Shown here in pieces: positions 37,549-46,418 of a stretch of 64,000 nt of DNA (its first letter is position 1; each line of letters begins with the position of its first letter). The notes beneath the pieces were generated by a model. It was not told the DNA's origin, did not search any database, and saw only the letters and a list, made by a program, of their open reading frames with translations. Both the position numbers and the translations under genes were made by a program. This stretch comes from Patescibacteria group bacterium. GTDB taxonomy: Bacteria > Patescibacteriota > JAQUNI01. Location of the stretch: positions 311 through 64,310 of the forward strand of contig JAQUNI010000003.1 of NCBI GenBank assembly GCA_028717685.1. Direction: 5' to 3'.

Positions 37549-37703
37549 TTAAAAGTTCAAAGTGCAAAGTTAAAAGTTGAGTTTAAAGTTCAAAGTTTGT
37601 ATTGATACACAACCCCCAATTTTTAAATGTAACTTTGCCCGCCCGCCTCGCCTGAAGCGAAGCTTGTGAGCGGGCAGGCACTTTTCACTTTGAATTTTGC
37701 ACT
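37547..37703. repeat. Inverted 7-nt arrays, AAAGT/ACTTT family (also 26548-26639; intragenic 38169-38248)
   Basis: AAAGTTC AAAGTGC AAAGTTA AAAGTTG ... ACTTTTC ACTTTGA ATTTTGC. Confidence 0.85.
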
Positions 37704-37709
37704 GATTTT

Positions 37710-38843
37710 ATGCGTATCCTTTTTATCACACGTAAACATCCTCCTTCTGTCGGTGGAATGCAGAACCTGTCCTATAACCTTATTCAAAATTTTCTGAAGC
37801 AAGGCAGAGAAAGGGGCGACCAAATAGAGACAATTATTCTTAACAGGAGTCAGTGGCATTTATTTTGGTGGTTTCCTTATGCTTTATTCTTAACGCTGGC
37901 GAAGGCAAGAACAATGGATATTGTTCATTTGGGCGACCCCGTCCTTTCTTTGATTGGTTTTTTAGCGCGTGTGTTTTACCATAAAGCCGTTGTGGTGACG
38001 ATTCATGGTTTGGACGTAACCTTTAATCTCTTTTTATACCAGTGGTATTTAAAGCTTTTTGGTCGAAAGTTTGATCGTTATATTTGTATTTCCAGCTATG
38101 CCCTGGAAGAAGCGCGAAAGGTGGGTTTTTCTCCTTGCGCGGTGATTCCTGTTGGCGTGGACACAAATAAGTTAAAAGTTAAAAGTGCCCGCCCGCAACG
38201 CCTTGCAAGCTCGGCTTGCATGGCGGGCGCGGAAAAGTTAAAAGTTTTAAGAATTGCTTTTTACAAAAAATATAATTTACCCCGAGACCAATATTATTTG
38301 TTGACCGTTGGTCGTTTGGTGCGGAGGAAAGGAGTATATTGGTTTATTGATAGAGTGTTGTCTACTTTGTCCCCCAATATTATTTATTTAGTGGTTGGCG
38401 AGGGGCCGGAACGAGAGAGAATTAAAACCTTGATTCAAGAGAGAGGTTTAGAAAAAAGAGTTTATCTTTTAGGTAAAATTTCTGAAGAGGATTTAAAAAT
38501 AGTTTATAGCCTCGCTGATTTATTTATTATGCCTAATATTAAGGTCCAAGGGGATGTTGAAGGGTTTGGGCTTGTGGCTGTGGAAGCGGCTCAAAATGGT
38601 CTACCGGTCATTGCCGCGGGTATTGAGGGTATCCGTGACGCAGTGATTTCGGGACGTAATGGTATTTTGGTGGAATCAGAAAACTCCGCTGCTTTTCAAA
38701 AAAAGATTTTGGAGTTCTTAAGGAACCAGGAATACAGAAAGAGTTTTGGTGACCAGGCTGCTCAATTCACGAGGGAAACCTATGATTGGCAAATAATCGC
38801 CAAGCGGTATTATGAGGAATTTTTAAAGGTAATTAGTAGTTAG
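37710..38843 (+). CDS. GT4 glycosyltransferase (with in-frame repeat insertion)
   Basis: PPSVGG, VGRLVRRKG, EGFGLVAVEA. Confidence 0.9.
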   Translation: MRILFITRKHPPSVGGMQNLSYNLIQNFLKQGRERGDQIETIILNRSQWHLFWWFPYALFLTLAKARTMDIVHLGDPVLSLIGFLARVFYHKAVVVTIHGLDVTFNLFLYQWYLKLFGRKFDRYICISSYALEEARKVGFSPCAVIPVGVDTNKLKVKSARPQRLASSACMAGAEKLKVLRIAFYKKYNLPRDQYYLLTVGRLVRRKGVYWFIDRVLSTLSPNIIYLVVGEGPERERIKTLIQERGLEKRVYLLGKISEEDLKIVYSLADLFIMPNIKVQGDVEGFGLVAVEAAQNGLPVIAAGIEGIRDAVISGRNGILVESENSAAFQKKILEFLRNQEYRKSFGDQAAQFTRETYDWQIIAKRYYEEFLKVISS

Positions 38844-38878
38844 TAATCAGTAATTAGTAATCGGTAATCAGTAATTAT

Positions 38879-39042
38879 AGACCTTTTACAAAATAACCTT
38901 TTCTACTGCAATTGCCAGATTTCGGCTGCAAATGTTTCAGGGCTCGTCGCCGTATTTTAGCCAAATACGGCTTCCTCACCCTTCAACATTTTCGCTCGAA
39001 ATCTGTCAATTTCTTAACGAAAAATTATTTCGCAAAAGGTCT
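38879..39042. mobile_element. ~164-bp MITE-like full-length palindrome
   Basis: Terminal inverted repeats AGACCTTTT(A/G)C(A/G)AAATAA with three nested internal stems. Confidence 0.7.
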
Positions 39043-39043
39043 T

Positions 39044-40078
39044 ATGAAAATTGCCATCATCTTCCCACGGCTTTCTGGTCCTTATGGTGGGGAAAAAATA
39101 TTGATTAAGGTGACTGACGAATTAGTGAGGTTAGGGCACGCAGTCACCCTTTATGTTTATGAATATAATGCGCTCTGCGCGTCTCATCTTGATCCGCGTA
39201 TTACGGTAATCCATTCACGGGCATTTAAATTCGGACGGCATAACCTAGATACCTTTCTTGCTTATTTGGCGATGCCTTGGGTGGCCAATAAGATTCTGTG
39301 TGATTATGAGCTTATTTTGGGAATGACTTGGCAGGCGGCTTTTGCACTGTGGTGGCTTCGCAAGGTGCGCAGATGTTTTAGTCAAACCCCTTTGGTTTAT
39401 CATTGTTTTGAGCCGCCGCGTTTTATTTATGATCTTCAAACCGTGACGGGCAACTCTTTACTTGCTCGTTTGACTGCTTTTTTTGTAAAACGGATTGACC
39501 GCACAAGCGTGCGAGCGGCGGATGTGATTATCAGTATTTCTGACTATATCCAAAAACAAGTGAAAAAAGTTTATAACCGCGATTCAGTGAAGATTTATCC
39601 GGGCGTGGAAATTGAACGTTTTCAGAGATACACGCGGAGAGAGGCCAGGGAGATTTTAAATATTCCTTTGGATCGGGAAGTTTTTTTGTCAATCTCAAAG
39701 CTACATAAAAGAAAGAGGCTGGATCAAGCCTTAGAAATTTTTCAAAGAAGAAGGAAGGACCAAAATTCAGCATTCTATATCGCGGGCCAAGGTCCTGAAG
39801 AGGATAATCTGAAACGTTTAGTTAAGCAAATGCATTTGGAAAAAGCGGTCAAGTTTATTGGCGTGGTTTTAGGGGAAAAGACGGTTCAATATATGGCGGC
39901 GTGCGATTATTTTATTTTTACTGCTTTAAATGAACCTTTTGGTATCGCCCCCTTGGAAGCTAAAGTGGCGGGCGCGAAAGTGATTCCCCGAGAGCGCCCC
40001 TATCCTATCCTAAGTTGGCAAGAATCGGCAGATAAGATGCACAGAGTATTTTTAAAATTAGTAGCTAGCCGCCCGTAA
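39044..40078 (+). CDS. GT4 glycosyltransferase
   Basis: MKIAII, GGE, EPFGIAPLEA. Start placed at the ATG directly after the MITE. Confidence 0.88.
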   Translation: MKIAIIFPRLSGPYGGEKILIKVTDELVRLGHAVTLYVYEYNALCASHLDPRITVIHSRAFKFGRHNLDTFLAYLAMPWVANKILCDYELILGMTWQAAFALWWLRKVRRCFSQTPLVYHCFEPPRFIYDLQTVTGNSLLARLTAFFVKRIDRTSVRAADVIISISDYIQKQVKKVYNRDSVKIYPGVEIERFQRYTRREAREILNIPLDREVFLSISKLHKRKRLDQALEIFQRRRKDQNSAFYIAGQGPEEDNLKRLVKQMHLEKAVKFIGVVLGEKTVQYMAACDYFIFTALNEPFGIAPLEAKVAGAKVIPRERPYPILSWQESADKMHRVFLKLVASRP

Positions 40079-40127
40079 CTACCTTACTCTTTAAATAAAA
40101 GCTGGCGAGGTTATAGTAATTATAAAT

Positions 40128-42170
40128 ATGAATTCCTTAAATCGTCCTAAAAATTTAGAAGACACCATCCAGGAATTTTTTTTGATATTTACTATTTTTT
40201 TCTTTATTCTTTTAAGTTTTGCCATTTTAGGGATTTTTTTCAGATGGTTGGTTTTTTTGGCATTCTTTTTGTTGTTGATGGCGATAGGAGTGAGAATTTG
40301 GTATTTGAGGTCCTTCCGCCATATTTTGATTTCGCGGTGGCACAAGGGAATTTTGCTGCTTTTAATCATTGTAACTTTGTTCAACGCCTTTTATCACCAC
40401 AGTATTCCTTCTTCGCGGGATAATATCGGGTATCTAACCGCCGGCGTGATGCTGGCGAAAGCAGGGAAGCTGCATTTTCAGGATATAATTTCCCGCCCTT
40501 ATCACCCTTATCGCGAAGTCAATTTAGGTCAAGACGTGGTAACCTCGCAGTTTTTGCCGGGTTATAACGCATTTTTAGGATTTTGGTATCACTTGGGGGG
40601 TTTGAATTTAGTCTTTTGGGGCAACGCCATTTTATTTTTTCTTTTTTTGGTATGCCTTTATGCCGTAGCTTGTAAAATTACAAGACAAAGAAAAATAGCC
40701 TTATTGTCTTTATTTTTCACAATTACATTTTTTGCCTTTTTATGGTTTCCGCGGAGGACAAATTCCGAGAATTTATTTATGGTTTTGATTTGGTTCGCGA
40801 TCTGGCTTTTTTTAAGGGGCATAGAGACTAAAAGTTTGCGGCGGCTTATTTGGGGTTTCTTGCCGGTTTCTCTCACGATTTTAGTGCGGGGGGAGGGGTT
40901 ACTTTATCTGGCGACTTTTACTTTAGCTTTCTTATTCGCGCTTTGGAAACTAAGAAGGCAGATTAAAAAAGAAAGGTTATCCTTTTTAATTTTCCTTTTT
41001 CCATTAGCTACTATAATTCTTTTTCTCCGCTATGTTGTTCTCTATAATGGGAGTTATATTTGGGGTCACGCCGTGTCTATTTTGTACAACTTGGGTGATT
41101 TTATTGTCCTCTGGATTCCGGTTAATCTTTTAAGTATTATCCGTTACGCTGTTCTTTATAAAGTTTTTGTTTTCTTGGGTTTGATTTTAGCCGCGGGAAT
41201 GATTTACGCGGCTTATCGTTTTAGACTGCGTATTTTAGTATTAGCCCGGAAATTTTCCCTGGGATTCAATAAGGGACAATTTTTGACTGCCGTAGTTTTA
41301 ACTTTTTTACTCGTTTTTAACCTTATTTTAATCTCTCATTATCATTGGCAGGAATTCGTGAATTGGCAGACCTATCGGATTCAGTATGTTTTTATTATCT
41401 TAGGGGAATATTTTTTACTTCCTTATTTTCTTGTTTTTTTAATAAGACTTTGGGAGCCGCGGTTTTTAGGGAAAGAGGCCTATTATGTCGCTCTGATTTT
41501 TCTGCCCATTATCATTTTTATCCTTGACCCTTTTGTGGGATTGGATCAGCCTTGGTTTTTAAGGCGTTTTTATCCCACTCTAATTCCATTCCTTTTTGTT
41601 CTGGCCGCCTGGGGATTATTCAATTTAAAACTGGGAAAGAAGGCCAGAACGGCTATCATTGTTTTGCTTTTAGCGATGAACCTTTGGGTTTCGTTACCGG
41701 TGCTGTTTTTCCGAGAATATCAAGGAGTGCAAAAGGAATTGGAGAATTTAGCTTCCCGTTTTGAAAAGGATAGTTTAATTTTGATGGATCCGGGTTGGCA
41801 GTGGCAGCAGTGGGGCTATGCTTTGCATTATATTTATGGTCGTGACGTTTTGCCCGAGTATGATCGGTTCTCGGCGGAAGAGATGGAAAAACTGATCCAA
41901 AGTCATGGGCAAGTTTATGTCATCAGTAAAAAAGGGCCAGAGGAGGAGAATATCATTGATTATCCCGGTTTTTCCCAGGAGAAATTGCGGTACCTTGATG
42001 AAGTCAGGCTTTTTTATCCTGTACTATTAAGCACGACCAATCTTACTGACTATATTCAAGACAAGGAAACCGCGGTCAGCACAGTGACTCTTCTGCAAAA
42101 GTATCAAGAGGCTTTGCCGCGAGAAAAGGATATTGAGGATGTCACGCTTTATATATATCGGTACAAATAA
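40128..42170 (+). CDS. Polytopic membrane protein, probable GT-C glycosyltransferase
   Basis: More than 12 TMs; RD..GY loop, SQFLPG, NSE, RGEG, WFLRRF. Confidence 0.65.
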   Translation: MNSLNRPKNLEDTIQEFFLIFTIFFFILLSFAILGIFFRWLVFLAFFLLLMAIGVRIWYLRSFRHILISRWHKGILLLLIIVTLFNAFYHHSIPSSRDNIGYLTAGVMLAKAGKLHFQDIISRPYHPYREVNLGQDVVTSQFLPGYNAFLGFWYHLGGLNLVFWGNAILFFLFLVCLYAVACKITRQRKIALLSLFFTITFFAFLWFPRRTNSENLFMVLIWFAIWLFLRGIETKSLRRLIWGFLPVSLTILVRGEGLLYLATFTLAFLFALWKLRRQIKKERLSFLIFLFPLATIILFLRYVVLYNGSYIWGHAVSILYNLGDFIVLWIPVNLLSIIRYAVLYKVFVFLGLILAAGMIYAAYRFRLRILVLARKFSLGFNKGQFLTAVVLTFLLVFNLILISHYHWQEFVNWQTYRIQYVFIILGEYFLLPYFLVFLIRLWEPRFLGKEAYYVALIFLPIIIFILDPFVGLDQPWFLRRFYPTLIPFLFVLAAWGLFNLKLGKKARTAIIVLLLAMNLWVSLPVLFFREYQGVQKELENLASRFEKDSLILMDPGWQWQQWGYALHYIYGRDVLPEYDRFSAEEMEKLIQSHGQVYVISKKGPEEENIIDYPGFSQEKLRYLDEVRLFYPVLLSTTNLTDYIQDKETAVSTVTLLQKYQEALPREKDIEDVTLYIYRYK

Positions 42171-42243
42171 GTGTAAAGAGCAATGATCAAAGATGTAAGT
42201 AAGGTGTTGCAGGCGGGCAATGTAAAATCTTAGGATTTTATTT

Positions 42244-42397
42244 AAAATTATTCTAATTAACCTAATTGTTCTAATTATTCTAAATAAATCCCAATATCTA
42301 ATGACCAATGTCTAAAAATGGATTTTGGTTATTCAAGATTTGGTCATTGGTCATTTTTTAGGTTAATTAGGTCAATTAGAACAATTAGAATAATTTT
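42244..42397. repeat. Nested inverted arrays: outer 9-nt CTAATT family, inner 7-nt CCAATGA family
   Basis: TTCTAATTA ACCTAATTG TTCTAATTA ... TTGGTCA TTGGTCA ... TTAGGTCAA TTAGAACAA TTAGAATAA. Confidence 0.85.
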
Positions 42398-42402
42398 TAG
42401 AT

Positions 42403-43587
42403 ATGTCTTCCCACAATTTAAAAATTGCTATCTTTTCTAACACTTTTGGTCCCAAGGACGCGATGGGTCAGCACGTGCATTTGATTAAAAAAGTTTTTCC
42501 GGAAGCAGAAATCTTTTTAGAACGCGGGAATGAGGATCCGCAAATCGCAACCCATACTTATTATTTCATTAAGCGTTATCCTTGGATGAGTTTGTATATG
42601 TTGGAATGGAGATTGGGGCTGCGGTTGAAGGCGCTGGAATGGTTTTTGAGACCGCTTGAAAAATTAGCTTTCCAGCACGAGGCAAGGAAGTTTTTAAATT
42701 ATGATATTGTCTTAGTGGAATGGGGTCTTTACCATAAAGCCATTCATCTTTTGCCATTCTTGACGCATTTAGAGAAAAGGCCGCGTTTGATTTTTGACTA
42801 TCACGGCGTGACACCGCCAGAACATATTTTATCGCGAGGGAAAAGACTGATTGCCCAAAAAACGATTGAGGTCACGAGAGAGGGCGCGGATTATGCGGAT
42901 ATCTCTCTGGTGCGGTCACAGTTTATGGCAGAGGAGCTAAAAGGTTTTGGTCATCCCCGAAAAATAGTGTTAAATCCCCTGCCATTTTTAGGAGGAGAGT
43001 GTCGAGATGCACATCCCGCGCAATTGCGCCACAAATATGGACTAGAAAAGAAGAAAATTTTGCTTTATATTGGCCGCATCTCCACTCATAAAAATTTGGA
43101 AGTGGTGGTTAGAAGTTTAGGGAACCTTTCGCGGGACGATGTTTATTTTATTGTGGTAGGCAACAATCGTCACCGTTCTCTAGCCGCGGAAAAAGAAAGA
43201 TTATTCGCTTTGGCGCGGGATTTAAGAATACCGCATCGGATTATTTTTACGGGTGAGGTATCGCAAGAAGAGTTAGTGAGTTGGTACCGCGCTTGCGATG
43301 TTTTTGTGATGCCAAGTTTACATGAGGGTTTTTGCTGGCCTTTGGTTGACGCAATGGCTTATGGAAAACCAGTTTTGGCTTCGCGTTATGGAGCCATTCC
43401 GGAAACTTTAGGCGAGGCGGGACTTTATTTTGACGCGAAGAATCCTAAGGATTTGGCGGAAAAAATAAACCAAATATTGGAAGATCAGGACTTGCGAAAC
43501 AGACTAGCGCAGATGGGTAGGGAGAAGGTGAAGGAGTATAGTTGGGAGAGATACAAAGATGTTTTAAAACAATTGGTCAGAAGATAA
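42403..43587 (+). CDS. GT4 glycosyltransferase
   Basis: YHGVTP, IGRISTHKN, HEGFCWPLVDAM. Confidence 0.9.
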   Translation: MSSHNLKIAIFSNTFGPKDAMGQHVHLIKKVFPEAEIFLERGNEDPQIATHTYYFIKRYPWMSLYMLEWRLGLRLKALEWFLRPLEKLAFQHEARKFLNYDIVLVEWGLYHKAIHLLPFLTHLEKRPRLIFDYHGVTPPEHILSRGKRLIAQKTIEVTREGADYADISLVRSQFMAEELKGFGHPRKIVLNPLPFLGGECRDAHPAQLRHKYGLEKKKILLYIGRISTHKNLEVVVRSLGNLSRDDVYFIVVGNNRHRSLAAEKERLFALARDLRIPHRIIFTGEVSQEELVSWYRACDVFVMPSLHEGFCWPLVDAMAYGKPVLASRYGAIPETLGEAGLYFDAKNPKDLAEKINQILEDQDLRNRLAQMGREKVKEYSWERYKDVLKQLVRR

Positions 43588-43700
43588 TTTTTAATTTTCA
43601 ATTTTTATTAAATTTTCAATGAATCAATTTACTCTATTAGGGGTTCAAAATTTCCAAAGGTTTGAAAATTTTGAAATTAGAAATTGAAAATTATAAATTT
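43586..43700. repeat. Inverted AT-rich 7-nt arrays, AATTTTY family (also 9641-9734, 35957-36080, 48540-48667); related AAAAT family at 7022-7087 and 18551-18675
   Basis: Shared longer cores between copies: ATTAAATTTTYAATGWATYAATTT (9641/43586) and ATAATTCAATAAAAATTAGYTAAAAA (35957/48540). Confidence 0.75.
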
Positions 43701-43703
43701 TCC

Positions 43704-44939
43704 ATGAATATTATTTTTTTAACCAAATACTTCCCCCCTGATTCTATCGGGGGTGGTGAAATATCGGCTTATTATCTGGCGTTAGGCTTAGCGGGCAAAG
43801 GACATCAAATTACGGTGATCAAGAGAGGCAAAAAGAACCGAGATTATAATGAGAGCAAGAATTTAAAGATTTTAGAGCGAAAAAAACTTTTCACCGCAGA
43901 GGTGCCGAATTTTGAAAGACGTTGGGCGAAAAAACAGGCGCAAATTCTAATTCAGGATATCCCGCGGGACACGCAGATAATCCATAGCCACGATTTTCAT
44001 TCAGCATTGATTGGTGCGGAGTTAAAAAAGATTATCCCTTGCCACCCACTTTTTATCGCCACTGTGCGGGATTATTGGCCTGTTTGCGGCTATGGCAAAG
44101 TCAAAATAAACGGCGAGGTTTGCCCGGGGTGCAAAAATTTTCGCGATTTTAAGGATTGTCCGAAGGTTGCCCGCGGCAATTTGATCCAGAAATATTTAAG
44201 AATGTGGCGGTATCATTATAATATTCCCCAAAGGCAGGAGAGCTTGAAGCAGCTGGACGAAGTAATCTACATCAGCCAGGCCCTACGCGATGAGATTAAA
44301 AAATCCCGCAATATCTCTTTTCCTTTTTCCGCAAAAAAGGTAATCTATAATTCTATTCCCCTAGAAATAGAGAATTACACATCGGGTTCTAATGCTGAGG
44401 GTAAAACAATTTTATTTGCCGGTCTTTTGGATCTTCACAAAGGCGTAGAATTTTTATTAAAAGCCTTAAGTAAAATCGCCTTAAAGGCTGACTTTCAATG
44501 TATTTTAGCCGGCACTGGTCCTCTTTTTGAGAAGTATAAAAAAATGGCAAAATATTTGCGCATTGAAGATAAAGTGAATTTTTTAGGCGCTATCCCCTAT
44601 CGTTTAATGCCGGATTTGTACCGCAAGGCGGATCTTGTGGTGATGCCTTCCCTTTGGCCTGAACCCTTTGGCCGCACGGCTTTAGAAGGTATGGCTTATG
44701 GAAAGGCGGTCGTTTCCACGCGCCACGGCGCTCCGCAAGAATTTATACAAAATAACGAGACCGGAATCCTTATTGAGCCTGGTAATGTTCTGGAGCTAGC
44801 CGAGCGCATTATTTTCCTTTTGCAGAATCCCGATGAGCGGCGCAGAATTGGCGAGAACGCGAGAAAAGATGTTTTGGAAAAATTCCATCCCGCGAAAATT
44901 GCGGAAGAATACGAAAAGGTTTATCAATATAACGAATAA
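43704..44939 (+). CDS. GT4 glycosyltransferase
   Basis: FPPDSIGGGE, DYWPVC, WPEPFGRTALEGM. Start moved to the ATG at 43704. Confidence 0.9.
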   Translation: MNIIFLTKYFPPDSIGGGEISAYYLALGLAGKGHQITVIKRGKKNRDYNESKNLKILERKKLFTAEVPNFERRWAKKQAQILIQDIPRDTQIIHSHDFHSALIGAELKKIIPCHPLFIATVRDYWPVCGYGKVKINGEVCPGCKNFRDFKDCPKVARGNLIQKYLRMWRYHYNIPQRQESLKQLDEVIYISQALRDEIKKSRNISFPFSAKKVIYNSIPLEIENYTSGSNAEGKTILFAGLLDLHKGVEFLLKALSKIALKADFQCILAGTGPLFEKYKKMAKYLRIEDKVNFLGAIPYRLMPDLYRKADLVVMPSLWPEPFGRTALEGMAYGKAVVSTRHGAPQEFIQNNETGILIEPGNVLELAERIIFLLQNPDERRRIGENARKDVLEKFHPAKIAEEYEKVYQYNE

Positions 44940-45014
44940 GGAATAGGGAATTAGGAATCAGGGATACAATTCTTTTTTATTCCTGATTCATGATTCTTAA
45001 TTCTTGATTCTATT

Positions 45015-46193
45015 ATGCTCATCGGTATTGATGCCTCGCGTGGTTTCTTAAAGAAACGCACGGGAGTGGAGGAATATTCTTATCAAATTGTTAAGGCGTT
45101 AATAAAAGTTGATTCTCAAAATCAATACATTTTGTATTTAAATGGCCAAGAAAATGAAGAAGTGGCGCGAGGGATTGTGTGGCCTTCAAATTTTAAATTA
45201 AAAAATATCCCCTTTCCGCGGCTTTGGGTGCATCTAGCTTTGTGTATAGCAGCTTGGCGGGATAAGCTTGATGTTTTGTTTATTCCGGCGCAGGCGATGC
45301 CGATTTTTTATCCGCGGGAAACGGTTGTCACTTTACATGGTTTAGAATATGAACATTATCCAGAATCTTATTCGGCTTGGCGCAGATTTTATTTGCGTTG
45401 GACGACTCGTTTTAGTTTAAAACATGCGGCGAAGATTATTGCTGTTTCGGAAAATACAAAAAAGGATTTGATTAAAATGTATGGTGGAGATGCGGAGAAA
45501 ATTAAAGTGGTTTATCATGGGTTTAGTGTTTCTGCTCCCACCTCCTCTTTTCTTCCCGCTCAGGGCAGGGGGAGTGTCAGAACCCCCTCCATCTCCCCCT
45601 TAGAAAGGGGGAGTGAATTTCCCCTCCTTTCCAAGGAGGGGTCGAGGGAGGTTCTGAATCCTTTTCTTCTCTCCATTGGCCGTTTGGAAAAGCGCAAAAA
45701 TATTATCAATTTAATCAAGACTTTTGAATTGTTAAAAGGAGATGGCTTCCGCGGTGAGTTGGTCCTTGTTGGTAAGCCTGGCTATGGCTATTCAGAAATA
45801 AAAAAAGCGATTTTAAGTTCGCCTGATCAAAAAGATATTATTGAGAAAGGATATGTTCCTGAAGAAGAAAAATGGCAGATTTTGCAATCCGCCGCGGTAT
45901 TCATTTTTCCTTCTTTTTATGAGGGCTTTGGTATGCCGCTTTTAGAAGCATTCGCCGCGGATGTACCGGTTGCGGCATCCAACACTTCTTCTTTGCCTGA
46001 AATTGGTGGTGATGCTTGTGTTTATTTTAACCCCGAGAATGTGGACGATATAGCGCGAAAGATAAGGGAGGTTTTGGCAAGTAACAACCTGCGTCAAGAT
46101 TTAATTCAAAAAGGTCAAACGCGTTTGGCTAATTTTAGCTGGCAAAAATGCGGCCGGGAGACACTTTTTATTTTAATAAAAAACCGCTCGTAA
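45015..46193 (+). CDS. GT4 glycosyltransferase (MtfB-like) with in-frame palindrome insertion
   Basis: IGIDAS, TGVEEY, KRKN, YEGFGMPLLEA. Confidence 0.9.
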   Translation: MLIGIDASRGFLKKRTGVEEYSYQIVKALIKVDSQNQYILYLNGQENEEVARGIVWPSNFKLKNIPFPRLWVHLALCIAAWRDKLDVLFIPAQAMPIFYPRETVVTLHGLEYEHYPESYSAWRRFYLRWTTRFSLKHAAKIIAVSENTKKDLIKMYGGDAEKIKVVYHGFSVSAPTSSFLPAQGRGSVRTPSISPLERGSEFPLLSKEGSREVLNPFLLSIGRLEKRKNIINLIKTFELLKGDGFRGELVLVGKPGYGYSEIKKAILSSPDQKDIIEKGYVPEEEKWQILQSAAVFIFPSFYEGFGMPLLEAFAADVPVAASNTSSLPEIGGDACVYFNPENVDDIARKIREVLASNNLRQDLIQKGQTRLANFSWQKCGRETLFILIKNRS

Positions 46194-46198
46194 ATTTA

Positions 46199-46402
46199 TT
46201 AGAGAGCGGTAGGATTTACAATTTTAACATTGAAAAAATCCAGAATAAAATAGACAGAAGAAAAAAGAAACAGTATTAGTAAAGAGCCGCAGGAATAATC
46301 AGCCCAGCATTTAAACAGTTCTGAAATAGGTTTATGTTTTTTATGCCAGGCTCCCAAAAAACATAAAATAAGGACAGTTGAGGTGATATTAGAGAAGTCC
46401 AT
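46199..46402 (-). CDS. Putative 67-aa two-TM protein
   Basis: MDFSNITS..., with AAGGAG upstream. Confidence 0.4.
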   Translation of the reverse strand: MDFSNITSTVLILCFLGAWHKKHKPISELFKCWADYSCGSLLILFLFSSVYFILDFFNVKIVNPTAL

Positions 46403-46418
46403 CTTCTCTCTCTCCTTT

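Noticed and set aside
42027-42308. 93-aa minus-strand ORF MVIRYWDLFRIIRTIRLIRII
   Set aside because: It is the translation of the 9-nt array and antisense to a long membrane-protein gene.
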